A DNA stretch of 64,000 nucleotides from Candidatus Kerfeldbacteria bacterium. Lineage in GTDB: Bacteria; Patescibacteriota; Patescibacteriia; JACPL01. Below the pieces are notes generated by a model. It made no database searches. It was not told where the DNA came from and saw only the letters and a program-made list of their open reading frames with translations. The stretch covers positions 22,997 through 86,996 of the forward strand of contig JACPGL010000029.1 in the NCBI GenBank assembly GCA_016182525.1, given 5' to 3'. The position numbers were made by a program, and so were the translations under genes. Shown one piece after another: positions 61,622-64,000 of this stretch (the stretch's first letter is position 1; each line of letters begins with the position of its first letter).

Positions 61622-61651
61622 TTGCCAAAGAGCCCATGTATTCAGTATACT
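61622..61651 (+). promoter_or_regulatory. Candidate sigma70-type promoter (TTGCCA - 18 nt - TATACT) upstream of the DegT-family gene
   Basis: The -35 element is at 61622-61627 and the -10 at 61646-61651. The ATG is at 61692. Confidence 0.3.
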
Positions 61652-61691
61652 ACGAAGCAGGCCGAGAAGAAATTCACCCGGACGGTAGACT

Positions 61692-62798
61692 ATGGCAATC
61701 TCCATTTCAGCACCCATTATCGAGGAGGAAGAAATTCAAGCTGTAACCCGTGTTCTTCGATCAGGAATGCTTGCCGCCGGTCGGAAGACACAGGAGCTTG
61801 AGCGTTTATTCGCAGATTTCTGTGAAACGAAATATGCCGTTGCTGTTAGTAGTGGAACGGCTGCATTGCATGCGAGCGTTCACGCGCTTGGAATCAGCCA
61901 TGGCGATGAGGTCATTACTTCCCCATTCAGCTTTGCTGCGTCGGCAAATGCAATCCTGATGGAAGGCGCGAATGTCGTCTTCGCCGATATTCGTGAAGAC
62001 GATTTTTGTATTGATCCTCAAAAAATTGAAGCAAAGATCACGAACAAAACCAAAGCCATATTACCTGTCGATCTTTTCGGTCAGCTCGTGGATACTGAAT
62101 GCATCCGGAACATTGCTCGTGGACACACTCTTCGTACTATTGAAGATGCCTGCCAATCGGTTGGAGCCGAGCGCAATGGAATCAAAGCGGGCTCTGTTGG
62201 TGACGTCGGATGTTTTTCGTTCTATGCAACAAAAAATGTTATTAGTGGGGAGGGTGGAATGATCACCACGAATGATGCGGATATTGCTGAACGTTGCCGC
62301 CGCTTCCGTCACCATGGACAATCTGAGCATACGAGGTATGAATACTGGGAGCTCGGGTACAATTATCGCACAACCGACATCTGTGCGGCAATCGCACTCG
62401 AACAACTCAAAAAAATTGAACGTTTTACTACGGCGCGCATCGAAAATGCAAAACATTTAACTGAAGGGCTTCGTGATATCCCGGGGATTATTCTGCCCAC
62501 CATTCATCAGAACTCTACGCACGTCTTTCATCAGTACACTATTCGCGTGACCGAAGAGTGTAAGCGAACACGCGACGAACTTGTGAATCATCTTCGTGCT
62601 CACAATATCGGGGTTGGGATATATTATCCGAAACCTCTCCACCTTCATCCTCACTTTGCGAGACAAGGGTACGAAAAAGGCGACTTTCCTGTGGCCGAAA
62701 AACTTGCGACGGAAGTCTTGTCTCTTCCTGTCCACCCGAGCCTCACAGATCAAGACATCGAGGTTGTTCTAAATACAACACGCGAATATGCGCAATAA
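61692..62798 (+). CDS. DegT/DnrJ/EryC1/StrS-family PLP-dependent sugar aminotransferase
   Basis: The motif ...AVSSGTAALHASVHALGI... is characteristic of the family; the protein is 368 aa. Confidence 0.9.
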   Translation: MAISISAPIIEEEEIQAVTRVLRSGMLAAGRKTQELERLFADFCETKYAVAVSSGTAALHASVHALGISHGDEVITSPFSFAASANAILMEGANVVFADIREDDFCIDPQKIEAKITNKTKAILPVDLFGQLVDTECIRNIARGHTLRTIEDACQSVGAERNGIKAGSVGDVGCFSFYATKNVISGEGGMITTNDADIAERCRRFRHHGQSEHTRYEYWELGYNYRTTDICAAIALEQLKKIERFTTARIENAKHLTEGLRDIPGIILPTIHQNSTHVFHQYTIRVTEECKRTRDELVNHLRAHNIGVGIYYPKPLHLHPHFARQGYEKGDFPVAEKLATEVLSLPVHPSLTDQDIEVVLNTTREYAQ

Positions 62799-63753
62799 AC
62801 TTCGTTGTGCCGTTATCGGAGTCGGCAACATGGGAAAAAATCATGTGCGAACATACCTTGAGCTCGAGGAGATTCAGCTCGTCGCTGTTGCCGACACAAA
62901 CACTGCGCTTGCACAGGAAAATGTTCGGGGTTCCAGAGTAACCGCGTATTCTGACTACACAGAGATGATTTCGGAGGTGAAGCCTAATGCTGTTTCTATT
63001 TGTGTTCCTACGGCACTCCACTACCAAATTGCAAAGTATTGCCTTGAGAAAAAGATTCACGTCCTGCTTGAAAAACCAATTGCAGAGACTATGAAGGAGG
63101 GCAAAGGGCTCCTGAGCATTGCGAAGTCGCATAAGTGCGTTTTTCTCATTGGTCATATTGAGCGTTTCAACCCATCTATTATCAAAGTGAAAGAGCTGAT
63201 CGATAAAGGAGATCTTGGGAATATCACCGCCATCATCGCACGACGCGTCGGCGGATTCCCTCCACAGATTAAAGATGCGAATATCGCGATTGATCTCGCA
63301 ATTCACGATATCGATATCGTCAATTACCTTCTCGATGATCTTCCTGTTACCATCTCTGTAAACAAACAAAAGAACCACATTGAACAGCGCGAAGATTCGG
63401 TTGAATTCTTCCTTAAATACAAAAAGGCCTCGGCATATATTCAGGCGAACTGGATCACCCCGGTTAAAATACGCAAACTCAATATTACGGGAACGGAAGG
63501 GTATTTAGAAATGGACTATATTACGCAACAAATTGAATTCCAAAAAAGTAACTACAAAAAATTTAGAGAAACAAATGGAGATTTTTCAGACTACGTTCTC
63601 CGTTTTTCTGAACCAGATCGTATTACAATTTCTGTGGCAAAAAGGGAGCCGCTCCGAGAAGAAATTCTCTATTTCTTGGGTATGGTCGAGCGGCGTCAAC
63701 CTATTGATTCACGCTTTGCCATCGAGGCACTAAAGACTGCTCTTCATTCCTAA
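62788..63753 (+). CDS. Gfo/Idh/MocA-family NAD(P)-dependent oxidoreductase (sugar-nucleotide 3-dehydrogenase-like, WbpB-type context)
   Basis: LRCAVIGVGNMGKNHVRTY is a Rossmann motif. The EKP motif (LLEKPIAETM) is present, followed by a C-terminal dimerisation domain. Confidence 0.85.
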   Translation: MRNKLRCAVIGVGNMGKNHVRTYLELEEIQLVAVADTNTALAQENVRGSRVTAYSDYTEMISEVKPNAVSICVPTALHYQIAKYCLEKKIHVLLEKPIAETMKEGKGLLSIAKSHKCVFLIGHIERFNPSIIKVKELIDKGDLGNITAIIARRVGGFPPQIKDANIAIDLAIHDIDIVNYLLDDLPVTISVNKQKNHIEQREDSVEFFLKYKKASAYIQANWITPVKIRKLNITGTEGYLEMDYITQQIEFQKSNYKKFRETNGDFSDYVLRFSEPDRITISVAKREPLREEILYFLGMVERRQPIDSRFAIEALKTALHS

Positions 63754-63771
63754 AATACTCATGAGGGCATT

Positions 63772-64000
63772 ATGAAACGTATTCTTGTTACCGGCGCAGG
63801 GGGTTCCGCATGTTACAATTTTATTGAATCGCTCCGGGATAATAACAGTGGAGAAAAATTTTACATCGTTGGTACAGACGTGAGCCGGTATCACATTGAG
63901 TTATCCAATGTTGATAAGCGGTATATTGTCCCGCGAGTGACCGAACCACGATATTTTGATGTCGTCAATACGATCATCGAAAGAGAAAAGATAGATTTTT
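63772..64000 (+). CDS. ATP-grasp-like enzyme, N-terminal fragment; the ORF runs off the window
   Basis: The ATG at 63772 gives MKRILVTGAGGSACYNFIESL...YIVGTDV, which resembles the pre-ATP-grasp N-domains of sugar-modifying ligases. It was not listed in the ORF track because it is truncated. Confidence 0.35.
   Translation, partial: MKRILVTGAGGSACYNFIESLRDNNSGEKFYIVGTDVSRYHIELSNVDKRYIVPRVTEPRYFDVVNTIIEREKIDF

Overview
This 64-kb window is about 90% coding and looks like a small-genome, possibly CPR/Patescibacteria-like bacterium; that inference rests on gene content only and is weak. Overall GC is about 50%.

Layout of the window:
- 1-5.1 kb: a type IV pilus assembly module (PilX-like, PilM, PilN, PilO and a small bitopic protein), preceded by the 3' part of a secreted protein gene.
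- 5.1-10.6 kb: a minus-strand housekeeping block (rpmA, pyrG, rplI, acyP, ctpA, murA).
- 10.7-20.4 kb: a PEGA-domain protein, then a dTDP-L-rhamnose operon (rfbA, rfbC ... rfbB, rfbD). The operon is interrupted by a nudix/PfkB kinase/ahcY insertion. It also contains two related high-GC noncoding elements at 12862-13280 and 17055-17264; the second is bounded by 20-bp inverted repeats.
- 20.5-47 kb: a large surface-glycan island. It has three Dpm1/GtrB-like GT2 genes, a GtrA flippase, two large GT-C/YfhO-like polytopic membrane proteins, about six GT4 glycosyltransferases and a Wzx flippase. It also encodes UDP-GlcA epimerase, GDP-mannose dehydratase and reductase, Ugd, two UXS-family enzymes, a GalE-like epimerase and an embedded metK. 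A single 500-bp, 62% GC gene at 24624-25124 looks horizontally acquired.
- 47-60.6 kb: the most unusual part. A 2973-aa giant N-terminally anchored repeat protein (about 20 Cys-containing propeller-like blades, two LamG domains, seven FN3-like repeats) is translationally coupled by ATGA overlap to a MacB/FtsX-type ABC exporter. That is followed on the same strand by a TolB-like beta-propeller, two membrane proteins and an HtrA-like protease or possible pseudoprotease. The array then runs straight into the glycosylation genes. About 28 kb of co-directional genes have overlapping stop/start codons.
- 60.6-64 kb: corA, a long inverted repeat between corA and the giant gene, and the start of an amino-sugar module (DegT aminotransferase, Gfo/Idh/MocA dehydrogenase, ATP-grasp fragment).

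No rRNA, tRNA, CRISPR array or transposase gene was recognised.
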